19,109 nucleotides of DNA from an uncultured bacterium (GTDB lineage: Bacteria; Lernaellota; Lernaellaia; Lernaellales; Lernaellaceae), in the NCBI GenBank assembly GCA_964534375.1, contig CAZHPN010000004.1, positions 1 to 19,109 on the forward strand, written 5' to 3'. Positions 6,806 to 14,912 of the stretch are shown piece after piece (within the stretch, counting starts at the first letter, position 1; each line of letters starts with the position of its first letter). A model generated the notes under the pieces. The model had not been told where the DNA came from. It saw only the letters and a program-made list of their open reading frames with translations, and searched no databases. A program made the translations under genes and the position numbers.

Positions 6806-7866
6806 TTTCGGCTCCCACGCGGCCCGGCGTAATGCAAAATCGCGCCGTTGTCGCCGACCGCGAACACGTCCGAAGGCGAACTGCCCCAGACCCCGTTCAG
6901 GCTGTTGTTCATCGCGACCTCCATGCGCCGCCACGTCGCGCCGTCAAAATGAATCGCGGTCCCCCAGTCGCCGACGGCAATAATATTGCTGGGCGATGCG
7001 CCCCAAATCGATCTCAATATTTCTCCGTCCGTTGCGCCGTTCGCCGTCGTCAGCAGCCAATCCGCGCCGTCGAATCGGGCCAGGTAATAGGGATATTGCG
7101 AATCGGGGGTCATTGTCATCCAGATGTTATTGCTCGCGGTTCCCCACAAGTAACCCGGATACAACATATATTCGCCAATGCCCATTTCGACCCATTGTTC
7201 CCCGTCATAATGGTAAAAATGTCCCACCGTCAAATCATTCCCAACCGCGTAGATGTCCGAGCTCGACGCCCCCCATATCCCTGTATATCTGAATGACTGA
7301 TCGGGGACATCTGTCTGCGACCACGAAAATCCGTCGTAATGGGCCATCACATTTCCGGCCACAACGTATACGTCGTTATGGGAGGTTCCCCACACTTGTC
7401 CCGACAGATAGACGCCAATATTGGACCAAGCGGTCCCGTCGAAATGGAAAGCACAATTGGGGAGTTCGGCACGGTCGTTCGGGCCCCCGGCGACGAACAC
7501 ATCTGAGGCGGACGACCCCCAGACTCCTGTAAATGCGCACACGGCGCCTTTCATCGCGAGCGACCAAGTCGAGCCGTCACAGTGCAAAATCGAACCCGCC
7601 CAACCGACAGCGTACACGTCGGTGGGAGACGCGCCCCAGACGGCCGACAGGTTTTCGGTTGTCCCGCTTCGCATTGGCAACCATTCGGGCGATGCGTCGT
7701 CGTTATCATCGTCGTCGTCGTCGTCATCCGGCGAGGAATCGTCGTCGTTGTCGTCGTCGTCATCGACGGCAATCGTCTTGCTCGACGAAGATCCGTCGGC
7801 CGCGCACGCGGCCAGCAGCAGGGCGCTCAAGGCAAGAACCAGCAACAAGAGCGAGGTTTTCTTCAT
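6802..7866 (-). CDS. lipoprotein with poly-Asp linker and 7 WG-xS-xx-D/N repeats (putative 7-bladed beta-propeller)
   Basis: Lipobox LLAAC, GGAG RBS, DDDDDNDDD linker, and 7 repeats of the type VWGASPSDVFAVG...ILHYDG..W. Confidence 0.85.
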   Translation of the reverse strand: MKKTSLLLLVLALSALLLAACAADGSSSSKTIAVDDDDDNDDDSSPDDDDDDDDNDDASPEWLPMRSGTTENLSAVWGASPTDVYAVGWAGSILHCDGSTWSLAMKGAVCAFTGVWGSSASDVFVAGGPNDRAELPNCAFHFDGTAWSNIGVYLSGQVWGTSHNDVYVVAGNVMAHYDGFSWSQTDVPDQSFRYTGIWGASSSDIYAVGNDLTVGHFYHYDGEQWVEMGIGEYMLYPGYLWGTASNNIWMTMTPDSQYPYYLARFDGADWLLTTANGATDGEILRSIWGASPSNIIAVGDWGTAIHFDGATWRRMEVAMNNSLNGVWGSSPSDVFAVGDNGAILHYAGPRGSRK

Positions 7867-7930
7867 GGGCCTATTCTCCGCACAACGAACTCTAGCATCC
7901 GCCCGGGCCTCCGGAACGTCAACTTTACGA

Positions 7931-7961
7931 CGTAGCCGGTTCGACTATCGCGCCGGCTACG
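7931..7961. terminator. GC-rich hairpin overlapping the stop codon of 7957..10269 (terminator or REP-like)
   Basis: cgtagccgg-ttcga-cta-tcgcg-ccggctacg with a perfect 9-bp outer stem; no clear poly-U tail. Confidence 0.45.
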
Positions 7962-10269
7962 GAAGTTCGCCGGCCATCCACGCCCAGCCGCAGTGCGCCG
8001 GGTCGAGGCAAGGCTGTCCTGCCAGGTCGGAATACGCGCCGTCGGCCGGCGGCGGGCAGGTGACCTCGCCGCACGTTTGGCCCGGGAACGACTTGCCCGG
8101 GCAGGCCAGTTGCGGCCAATCGACGCAGTCCGTGTCGTACGGACTGCAGCACGCATACGAGACGTCGTCGTCGCCGGGAACCGTGCAAATTTGCTCCTCG
8201 CAATCCTCGGCGTCGCCCGAGCAATTGACGCACGACTCGCCCAACCAACCGCAGGCATAGTCGTCCGTGCCGGACAGGCAAACTCCGGCGCGGCAGCAAC
8301 CGTCCGGGCAGTTGGCCGACCCGCACGCGGCCGAGTCGTTGTCATTGTCGTCGTCGTTGTCGTCGTCGTCATCGTCGTCGCTCGGGCCGGAGTAATGCAG
8401 AACCGCGCCGCCCTGCCCGACCGCAAATACGTCCGACGTCGAGGTCCCCCATACGCCCGACAATCCGCCGTCCGTTACGCCATTCATATCCGTCCAGGAA
8501 ATCCCGTCATAGTGCAGGATGGCGCTGCTGGAATTATTGTTGTCGATGCCCACGACAAATAGATCCGACGGCGAAGCCCCCCAGACGGAGTACAGGTCTT
8601 CCCTCGCCTCGGTCCGAATCGTCGACCAGGAAACGCCGTTGTAGTGCAATACGGAACCGCCCACAGCGTACACGTCCGACGGCGAGGTTCCCCAGACGGC
8701 GGCGACCCCAGCGGATGTGCCGCTCGACATGACCGACCACGCGGCGCCGTCGAAATGCACGATCGTCGTCGTGCCGCCCACGGCGAACACGTCGGAAGGC
8801 GAGGTGCCCCACGCGCCGGAGAGGATTTCGGCGTCGGCCGGTTTCTGCATGGCCGACCAGGAAGCGCCGTCGTAATGCAAAATGTCCATACTAACGACAA
8901 ACACGTCCGACGGCGAGGCGCCCCAAACGCCTGACAAATACTGTGATATATTGTCCGCCATAGTCGTCCAGACAGTTCCGTTGTAGTGAAGAATCGCGCC
9001 GTTGTATTGGTCCGAGACGTCATGCGACCCCACGGCGAACACGTCCGAATGAGACGATCCCCAGATGCCCACCATTTCCGGCAAATTTTCTTGCGTCATG
9101 GCCGACCAGGAAGCGCCGTTGTAATGCAGAATCACGCCGGTGTCCGGGGTGTCGAGGTTGGTGTCGAAGCCAACCGCGAACACGTCCATCGGCCCCGCGC
9201 CCCAGACGCCGTTCAAATCCGTCGGCGGGGCCGGCGACGCGGCTGACCAGGAAGTTCCCTTGCCGCGCAGGATCGCGCCGTCGGCGCCGACGGCGAACGC
9301 GCCCGCGGCGGAGCCTCCCCACACGCCGAACAAAGGCGATGAGGTCACACCCGGCACGGCCGACCAGGAAGTCCCGTCGTAATGCAGAATCGCGCCGTTC
9401 CCGTTTTGATCGGAGCCCGCGGCGTAGGCGTCAGACGGCGAGTTGCCCCCGACGCCGTACAACGTGCCAAGGTCGATGCCGCTCGTCTCGGTCGACCAGG
9501 TCGAACCGTTGAAATGTTTGATGAGGGGGCCGTTTGCGTAGTAATCGACGCCGACCGCGAACGCGTCGGAGGGGGAGGCGCCCCAAACGCCGAACAAAAC
9601 GAAGGAAATATCGCTGTCCGCGATCGACCACGAAGCGCCGTTGTAGTGTGCGATTACACCGTTGCCATAACCGGGATAACCTCCGACCGCGAACACGTCC
9701 GACGCCGAGGCCCCCCAGACGGCCAGCAATTCGCTGGTGGGGCCCGGGACCTCCATCGTCGACCAGCCGGCGCCGCCGTAGTGCAGGACGATGCCGCCGA
9801 ACGACGGATCGCCGCCGACGGCGAAGATATTGGAGGCCGAAGCGCCCCAGATCCCGCTTAGCAGATATTGCGTTCCGCTCTGCATGGTCGACCACGAGGC
9901 GCCGTCGTATTGCAGGATCACGCCCTCGTCCCCCACGGCGAACACTTCCGACGCGGACGCGCCCCACACCGCACCTAGAAAAGCTGACGATCCGCTCGCC
10001 ATGGCCGACCAGGACTTCCCGTCGAAATGCAGGATCGTGCCGAGATCGCCGACGGCGAATGCGTCGGTCGCAGAGTTTCCCCATATCGCGAAAAGGTCGT
10101 TTCCCTGCGGCAGCGGATTCAGCCAACACCAGCCGTCCGGGTTGCAGATTTTGGCGCCTTCGTCAGCGACGGCGGTCGTCTTGTTCGACGAAGTTTTGCC
10201 GGCCGCGCACGCGGCCAGCAGCAGGGCGTTCAAGCCAAGAACCAGAAACAGCAGCCGCGTCGTCTTCAT
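7957..10269 (-). CDS. lipoprotein (770 aa) with 14 beta-propeller-type repeats, poly-Asp linker and Cys-rich C-terminal modules
   Basis: GGGAGG RBS before ATG 10269 (MKTTRLLFLVLGLNALLLAAC). 14 WG-type repeats counted, DDDDDDDNDDD linker, then CxxxxCxxxCC...C..GT...CG..G..C..C and ACC...C modules. Confidence 0.88.
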   Translation of the reverse strand: MKTTRLLFLVLGLNALLLAACAAGKTSSNKTTAVADEGAKICNPDGWCWLNPLPQGNDLFAIWGNSATDAFAVGDLGTILHFDGKSWSAMASGSSAFLGAVWGASASEVFAVGDEGVILQYDGASWSTMQSGTQYLLSGIWGASASNIFAVGGDPSFGGIVLHYGGAGWSTMEVPGPTSELLAVWGASASDVFAVGGYPGYGNGVIAHYNGASWSIADSDISFVLFGVWGASPSDAFAVGVDYYANGPLIKHFNGSTWSTETSGIDLGTLYGVGGNSPSDAYAAGSDQNGNGAILHYDGTSWSAVPGVTSSPLFGVWGGSAAGAFAVGADGAILRGKGTSWSAASPAPPTDLNGVWGAGPMDVFAVGFDTNLDTPDTGVILHYNGASWSAMTQENLPEMVGIWGSSHSDVFAVGSHDVSDQYNGAILHYNGTVWTTMADNISQYLSGVWGASPSDVFVVSMDILHYDGASWSAMQKPADAEILSGAWGTSPSDVFAVGGTTTIVHFDGAAWSVMSSGTSAGVAAVWGTSPSDVYAVGGSVLHYNGVSWSTIRTEAREDLYSVWGASPSDLFVVGIDNNNSSSAILHYDGISWTDMNGVTDGGLSGVWGTSTSDVFAVGQGGAVLHYSGPSDDDDDDDNDDDNDNDSAACGSANCPDGCCRAGVCLSGTDDYACGWLGESCVNCSGDAEDCEEQICTVPGDDDVSYACCSPYDTDCVDWPQLACPGKSFPGQTCGEVTCPPPADGAYSDLAGQPCLDPAHCGWAWMAGELP

Positions 10270-10292
10270 TCGCCGACCCTCCCGCGCGACGA

Positions 10293-10351
10293 GTTCTTCT
10301 CCAGCGCTCCGGCTCCGCCACCCGGCATATCTCCGAGCGTTGGCGGAGAAC
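10293..10351. other. 59-bp imperfect inverted repeat in the leader of the lipoprotein cluster
   Basis: gttcttctccagcgctc (10293-10309) pairs with gagcgttggcggagaac (10335-10351): 14/17 Watson-Crick, plus two G-T pairs on the + strand. Confidence 0.55.
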
Positions 10352-10439
10352 GGGAAAGACACAGATCCAGTGGCTGAGAGAATAACGAATCGCGCAGCGA
10401 CAAGCAAGAAAGCCGGGCCGTTCGTGCCAGCGCCCACCG

Positions 10440-10495
10440 CGCGGCCTTCGGCCGCGAACAATCCTATTCGCGTGCATTCGCGTGCATTCGCGGTT
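10440..10495. repeat. small palindrome plus 10-bp tandem repeat
   Basis: cgcggcc-ttc-ggccgcg (10440-10456); ATTCGCGTGC-ATTCGCGTGC-ATTCGCGGTT (10466-10495). Confidence 0.75.
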
Positions 10496-10572
10496 AAATA
10501 CGACAGAAAATGTAGATAATCCGGTTTTCCGCGGTTTCCTTGCGGCAAACAACCAGAAAACGTAAATTACGC

Positions 10573-10588
10573 TGTTTCACGTGAAACA
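10573..10588. promoter_or_regulatory. parS: parS centromere-like ParB loading site
   Basis: TGTTTCACGTGAAACA is an exact match to the canonical chromosomal parS palindrome and extends to 18 bp (C...G). It is intergenic. Confidence 0.9.
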
Positions 10589-10589
10589 G

Positions 10590-11465
10590 TTAGACCACCA
10601 ATTCGAACACGCCCGAGCAATCCTTGGCGAATTGGGCGAAGGAGATCGGCGGGCGGCCGAGCAGCCGTTCGACATCAGCCGTGACCGCGGCGTGCGCGCC
10701 GGCTTTTATCACGGCGAAAAGCTGCATCAGCGCGTCGGCGATCACCGGCGGCGCCCCGACCTCGAGCAGCGCCCGGCGGGTCGCCGTCTCCGGCACGTCG
10801 ACATGGGCGATCGGCCGGCCGAGCGCGCCGGACAGCACGCGGCCCGCCTCGTCGCACGAGAGCGCCTCGGGCCCGGTCAGGGTATAGCCCTTGTTCTCGT
10901 GGCCCGGCTGCGTCAACGCCACGACCGCGGCGGCGGCGATGTCGCGCACGTCGACGTAGCTGGTCTTGCCGACGCCGAGCGACGTGAAAAACACGTCTTT
11001 GGTCTTGATGCTGCGGCCGTGCATCGTGCAGAAGTTCTGCATGAAGCTGTTCGGCCGCAAATGGGTGAACGGCAGGCCCGAATCCTCGATGACTTCCTCG
11101 GCGGCGCGATGCCAGCGGTTCAGCAGGATCGGGCCCGGCGCGTCGGCGCCCAGGAACGAACTGCGCACGAGCCGCCGCACGCCCGCGTCTTTGGCGGCTT
11201 TCACGATCGTCGCGCATTGGGCGACCATCTCTTGCGCCAGCGGGTTGACGATGAACACGGCGTCGCAGCCGGCCATCGCCCGCGCCAGCGGCGCTGGATG
11301 CGCGGTGTCGGCCTCGACGACTTCGACGGTGTCCGCCGCCAGGCCCGCCGCTTTGGCGCGCGACCGCACGCCCGCCCGCACCTGCCGCCCGGCGGCGCCC
11401 AATTGCCGCACCAACTGCCGGCCGATAGTGCCGTTCGCCCCCACCACGAAGATGACCTCGGCCAT
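10590..11465 (-). CDS. NmrA/atypical SDR family NAD(P)H-binding oxidoreductase
   Basis: GANGTIG Rossmann motif; THLRPNSFMQN; SYVDVRDIA; YTLTGPEALS; LLGRPPISFAQF; AGGA RBS. Confidence 0.9.
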   Translation of the reverse strand: MAEVIFVVGANGTIGRQLVRQLGAAGRQVRAGVRSRAKAAGLAADTVEVVEADTAHPAPLARAMAGCDAVFIVNPLAQEMVAQCATIVKAAKDAGVRRLVRSSFLGADAPGPILLNRWHRAAEEVIEDSGLPFTHLRPNSFMQNFCTMHGRSIKTKDVFFTSLGVGKTSYVDVRDIAAAAVVALTQPGHENKGYTLTGPEALSCDEAGRVLSGALGRPIAHVDVPETATRRALLEVGAPPVIADALMQLFAVIKAGAHAAVTADVERLLGRPPISFAQFAKDCSGVFELVV

Positions 11466-11517
11466 CGCCGCTTCCTTTCCTAACGCCGGGTCCGCGCGCG
11501 GGCCGGCCGCGTTCCCG

Positions 11518-12684
11518 CTAATTGGTTTCCCAGATCCATTTGTCGCCGTAATACAAGATCTGACTGACGCACGCGGCGGCCAGCAACGAGAGCAACGCGA
11601 CGCCGCTCAGCGAGCCGCCCCCGAGGCCGACAGCCAAAATCGCCGCCACGCCGGCCAACCGATGGACCGCCGCCCATCGCGATTCGCCGTGAGCGCGGTC
11701 GGTGCGCGATTGCGCCCGCACGATCGCCCCGATCGCCAGCAGGGCCGTCGCCATGGCGCCGCCGATCAGCCGCGCCGCCGAGCCCGCGTCGCCGTGGCCC
11801 GCGATTATGCTCAGCACGCCCGCGCTCGTTGCGGCCACACTCATCACCAGGGGCCCATGCCAAAAGGCCCAGACGATGTTCCACCACGCTCCCGGCCGGC
11901 TGCGCCGTCCCGCCACATGCTCGAAATATAGCCACCACACGATAAAAATCAGCGCCAAGCCCAGCGCCGCCGCCGGCGCGGTCGCGCTGACCGGATTCGA
12001 CGCCGCCGCCCAGCCGCGCACGAGCGCCGCCGCCGATCCGCCGAGCACGACCATGGCGAACAACGCAAACCGTTCGGGCAGGCGCGTCGGCCCCAGGCGC
12101 GGCAAGTGAATCTGCATGAGCAGGGTGGTGAGCGGTGTCGCGAGGTCGATGGCCAGGCCGGCTGCCCACAAGACGTACCGGGCCGGCGGCGGAGTCGGCA
12201 GCGAAATCAGCCACGGGACGACGGCGATCGAGAGGCCGATCGCATAGCGCCGCGTCAGCGGTCGCGCCGGCGGATGCCGCCGCCCGCCGCGCGTCCACAG
12301 ACCGATCAGGAGTAAACGCGCAACAACGTATGCGAAGGCGAATTCGCGGGTAGCGTCGGCAATGCCGCCGTGCACCGCGAGCGCCAAGCCGGCCACGGGC
12401 AGGATTCTCAGTAAAGCGAACAAGCGGTGGCTGGCGTCGTCGCTTCCGAGGCGGTCGTCGTAAAGCGCGAAGCTCAGCCAGGTCCAAACCGCCGGCGTCC
12501 CCAGCAACAAGAAATGGCGGAAACCCACCCACGACGGGTCGCGCGACAGCGCCGAGCTCAACTCGCCGATGACCGCGACAAATATCAGGTCTTGGAACAA
12601 TTCGAGCCAGGTCAGCCGCCGCTGGCTGTCGTCGCTCGCCTCGATTCGCGGCGCGGGCCGCTGCGGCCAGGCATTATCGCTCAT
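11518..12684 (-). CDS. ltrA: low temperature requirement protein A family membrane protein
   Basis: TWLELFQDLIFV and LPERFALFAMVVLG signatures with multiple TM segments; start placed at MSDNAW. Confidence 0.85.
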   Translation of the reverse strand: MSDNAWPQRPAPRIEASDDSQRRLTWLELFQDLIFVAVIGELSSALSRDPSWVGFRHFLLLGTPAVWTWLSFALYDDRLGSDDASHRLFALLRILPVAGLALAVHGGIADATREFAFAYVVARLLLIGLWTRGGRRHPPARPLTRRYAIGLSIAVVPWLISLPTPPPARYVLWAAGLAIDLATPLTTLLMQIHLPRLGPTRLPERFALFAMVVLGGSAAALVRGWAAASNPVSATAPAAALGLALIFIVWWLYFEHVAGRRSRPGAWWNIVWAFWHGPLVMSVAATSAGVLSIIAGHGDAGSAARLIGGAMATALLAIGAIVRAQSRTDRAHGESRWAAVHRLAGVAAILAVGLGGGSLSGVALLSLLAAACVSQILYYGDKWIWETN

Positions 12685-12814
12685 GCGAATCCCGCCTCGG
12701 CTTCGTTCGGGAAATGTCACCACTCCCGCGAAAAACTATCAGGAACTTGGATCGATCTCGAACTGCACCTGCGCGCGCGTTGCCGCGGGCCGAATCGATC
12801 GGTGACGCCGGGCC

Positions 12815-13516
12815 TTACGGCTGGTTGCCGAGCCATTTGACGTGGCCGTCGGCGATGTCGTAAATGGCGCCGACAATCGTTATTTTCCCGCCGTCGACGG
12901 ACTGGCGAAGGATCGGGCTGCCCGTGAGGATATCGGCGATGGCTTGGCGCACGTTGCTCTCGATGGCCAACGGAATCAATTCCGACCCTGACGCCAACGG
13001 GTGCTGGGCGGCGGCCTGGCGCACCGCCGGCTTGATCCGGCCGAGCAACTGCGCCACGTTCGGCGGCTCCTGCGCGTCGGTCGCCGCGGCCGTGACGGCG
13101 CCGCACGCCGTGTGCCCCAACACAACAATCAGCGGCGCGCCCAAGTGCCCGACCGCGTACTCCAGGCTCCCGAGTTGGTCCGCCGCGGCGACGTTGCCGG
13201 CCACGCGGACGACAAACAAGTCGCCGATCCCCTGATCGAAAATCGCCTCCACCGGCGCGCGCGAATCGGAACAGCCGAGAATCGCCGCGATCGGCCGCTG
13301 CCCGTGCGCCGCCGTTTCGGCCATGCGCGCCGCGTCCAGCCGCGGATGCAGGCTCTTGCCCGCCGCGAAACGCGCGTTGCCGTCGTGCAGCATCTGCAGC
13401 GCCTGCGCCGCCGTGACGCCGGCGCCCATGTCGTTCGCCGCCTGCCCGTACACGGCCAAGCCGATAAAGGCCGCCAGCAGCACTGCCGCGCCCGCCAGGT
13501 ATTTCCCCGACCTCAT
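12815..13516 (-). CDS. beta-class carbonic anhydrase with N-terminal signal peptide
   Basis: GNARF, CSDSR, GDLFVVRVAGN, SLEYAV and HTACGAV Zn-site motifs; hydrophobic N-terminus; CAGGA RBS. Confidence 0.93.
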   Translation of the reverse strand: MRSGKYLAGAAVLLAAFIGLAVYGQAANDMGAGVTAAQALQMLHDGNARFAAGKSLHPRLDAARMAETAAHGQRPIAAILGCSDSRAPVEAIFDQGIGDLFVVRVAGNVAAADQLGSLEYAVGHLGAPLIVVLGHTACGAVTAAATDAQEPPNVAQLLGRIKPAVRQAAAQHPLASGSELIPLAIESNVRQAIADILTGSPILRQSVDGGKITIVGAIYDIADGHVKWLGNQP

Positions 13517-13613
13517 TCCTGCCCTCCCTGGTGCACCTCGTCGATGCGGTTGCGACGGCGCGTTCGGCCATCGCCGAAGGAGTATAACCAGCCTCGTCGG
13601 CGGACGGGCGCGA

Positions 13614-14411
13614 CTATTTCATCGCGCGGCGCTTGAACAGCAGGCCGGACCAGGCGGCGTCGATCGCGCAAATTTTGTAGTCGACCAACCCGGCGGCGAG
13701 ACCGACCTCGCGCACGATCTTTTCCGAAAGATCGCCGGCAGGCGCGGCGCCTTTCTTCGGCCACGCGATCCATAGGCGCGTCGGCTCGTCCAGGGCCGCC
13801 CGCTCGCCGATGTCGCGGCGCAGCTCGGCGACCGATTTCGCGAACCAAATCAGGAGATCTGGCCGGTCGCCGCCGCGACGGCGCACAACCGCGCCCGGGG
13901 GCAGCTCGCCGAGCGTTTTTTCAAACTCGGCCGGCGCGCCGACGAGCCGCACTGCCGTGCCGTCTTTGATCGTCAGCTTCTTCAACAGCGGCGTTTCGGA
14001 GTAACCCGCAAACCGCGAAGGCGGCGGCGAGTCCGGCGGCGGATTCGCGATGGCCCGAGCCGTGGCCGCGGCGACCGCCGGTGGGTCGGTGAATTCGGCG
14101 TGGGGCAATACTTGCTGGATCGCGGCGGTTTTTTCGGGGTCGGCGGCGACGAAGATCAGCGGCGTGCGGCGCGTGGCTTTGGTCGAACGCAGCGCCAAGG
14201 CGACATCGCGCCCGTGCGCGGGCCGGCGGCGCAGGTCGATGACGACCGCGGCGGGCGGATCGTCGCGCAGAGCCCGCACGGCTGCGCCGCCGTCGGACGG
14301 GGCGCGGAAGATCGCGAAGTCAACGGCGAGAGTGTCACGCAACGCCGCGGCGTCCGCGTCATCCCAACACAACAACGCGACGCGCGGCGCACGCTTCTTG
14401 CTCGCGGTCAT
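13614..14411 (-). CDS. receiver-like domain fused to DUF3052-like domain
   Basis: C-terminal AGYSETPLLKKLTIK...LWIAWPKK...GLVDYKICAIDAAWSGLLF (DUF3052-like). N-terminal AVVIDL...GRDVALALR...TPLIFV (CheY-like). GGAG RBS before ATG 14411. Confidence 0.75.
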   Translation of the reverse strand: MTASKKRAPRVALLCWDDADAAALRDTLAVDFAIFRAPSDGGAAVRALRDDPPAAVVIDLRRRPAHGRDVALALRSTKATRRTPLIFVAADPEKTAAIQQVLPHAEFTDPPAVAAATARAIANPPPDSPPPSRFAGYSETPLLKKLTIKDGTAVRLVGAPAEFEKTLGELPPGAVVRRRGGDRPDLLIWFAKSVAELRRDIGERAALDEPTRLWIAWPKKGAAPAGDLSEKIVREVGLAAGLVDYKICAIDAAWSGLLFKRRAMK

Positions 14412-14460
14412 CCGGCAAGTTCTCCGCAAAAACCGGTCCGTCGTTCATGCCGTCGAACGG

Positions 14461-14489
14461 GCGCGCCCCGGGGCAGACCCGGAGCGCGC
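14461..14489 (-). terminator. hairpin downstream of the small lipoprotein gene
   Basis: On the minus strand gcgcgctccggg-tctgc-cccggggcgcgc forms a 12-bp stem with one G-U, 8 nt after the stop; no poly-U. Confidence 0.4.
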
Positions 14490-14497
14490 TCGTCGGC

Positions 14498-14749
14498 CTA
14501 TTTGCCGTTTTTCTTGCCCACACCGACGGCGGACGGAGCGGCAGCGGCCTTGCCGACGCTAGTCGCACCGCCCGTCGCGGCGGGCGCTGCCGGCGCCGGC
14601 GGCGGCGTCGGAGCGGGCGCGGCGGCCTGGTGATGCACGACCGGGGCGGGGGCCGGGGGCGGCGGCGGTTCGTCTTTGCTGCACGCAACCAAGGCGACCG
14701 ACATCGCCAGCAAACACGCCAGGCTCAATAAAATAATGGTCTTTCTCAT
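14498..14749 (-). CDS. small Pro/Ala-rich lipoprotein
   Basis: GGAGG RBS; MRKTIILLSLACLLAMSVALVAC lipobox; low-complexity Pro/Ala body with a basic C-terminus. Confidence 0.75.
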   Translation of the reverse strand: MRKTIILLSLACLLAMSVALVACSKDEPPPPPAPAPVVHHQAAAPAPTPPPAPAAPAATGGATSVGKAAAAPSAVGVGKKNGK

Positions 14750-14912
14750 CGAGTTTTTCCTCCGGAATGTCGTTCAGGATTCGGTTGCAGAATACACCAA
14801 TCATCCCGTCTGTCCACCGGAAATTCGCCCGCCGCCGCCCGTCGCCGCCCGTCGAAGGCGGAGTCGGCGCACGGGCGTGCAGGCGGTTGCCAACCTCCGC
14901 GGCGACGCGTTT

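Noticed and set aside
7887..7922. Internal sigma70 promoter (TTGACG...TGcTAGAGT) for the 7866 gene
   Set aside because: The -35/-10 spacing is 22 bp; only the extended -10 is plausible, so it is not called.
6802..10269. Possible diversity-generating retroelement target or template repeats
   Set aside because: No reverse transcriptase is present and no TR/VR pair differing mainly at adenines was seen; the repeats are protein-level propeller blades.
10270..10548. 93-aa extension of track ORF 7957..10548
   Set aside because: It crosses repeats and hairpins; the signal peptide, RBS and paralog alignment place the start at 10269.
10504..10564. DnaA-box-like TGTAGATAA (10511-10519) and CAGAAAAyGTA direct repeats 50 bp apart near parS
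   Set aside because: A single one-mismatch box with no cluster or unwinding element is not enough to call oriC; the short direct repeat could be chance.
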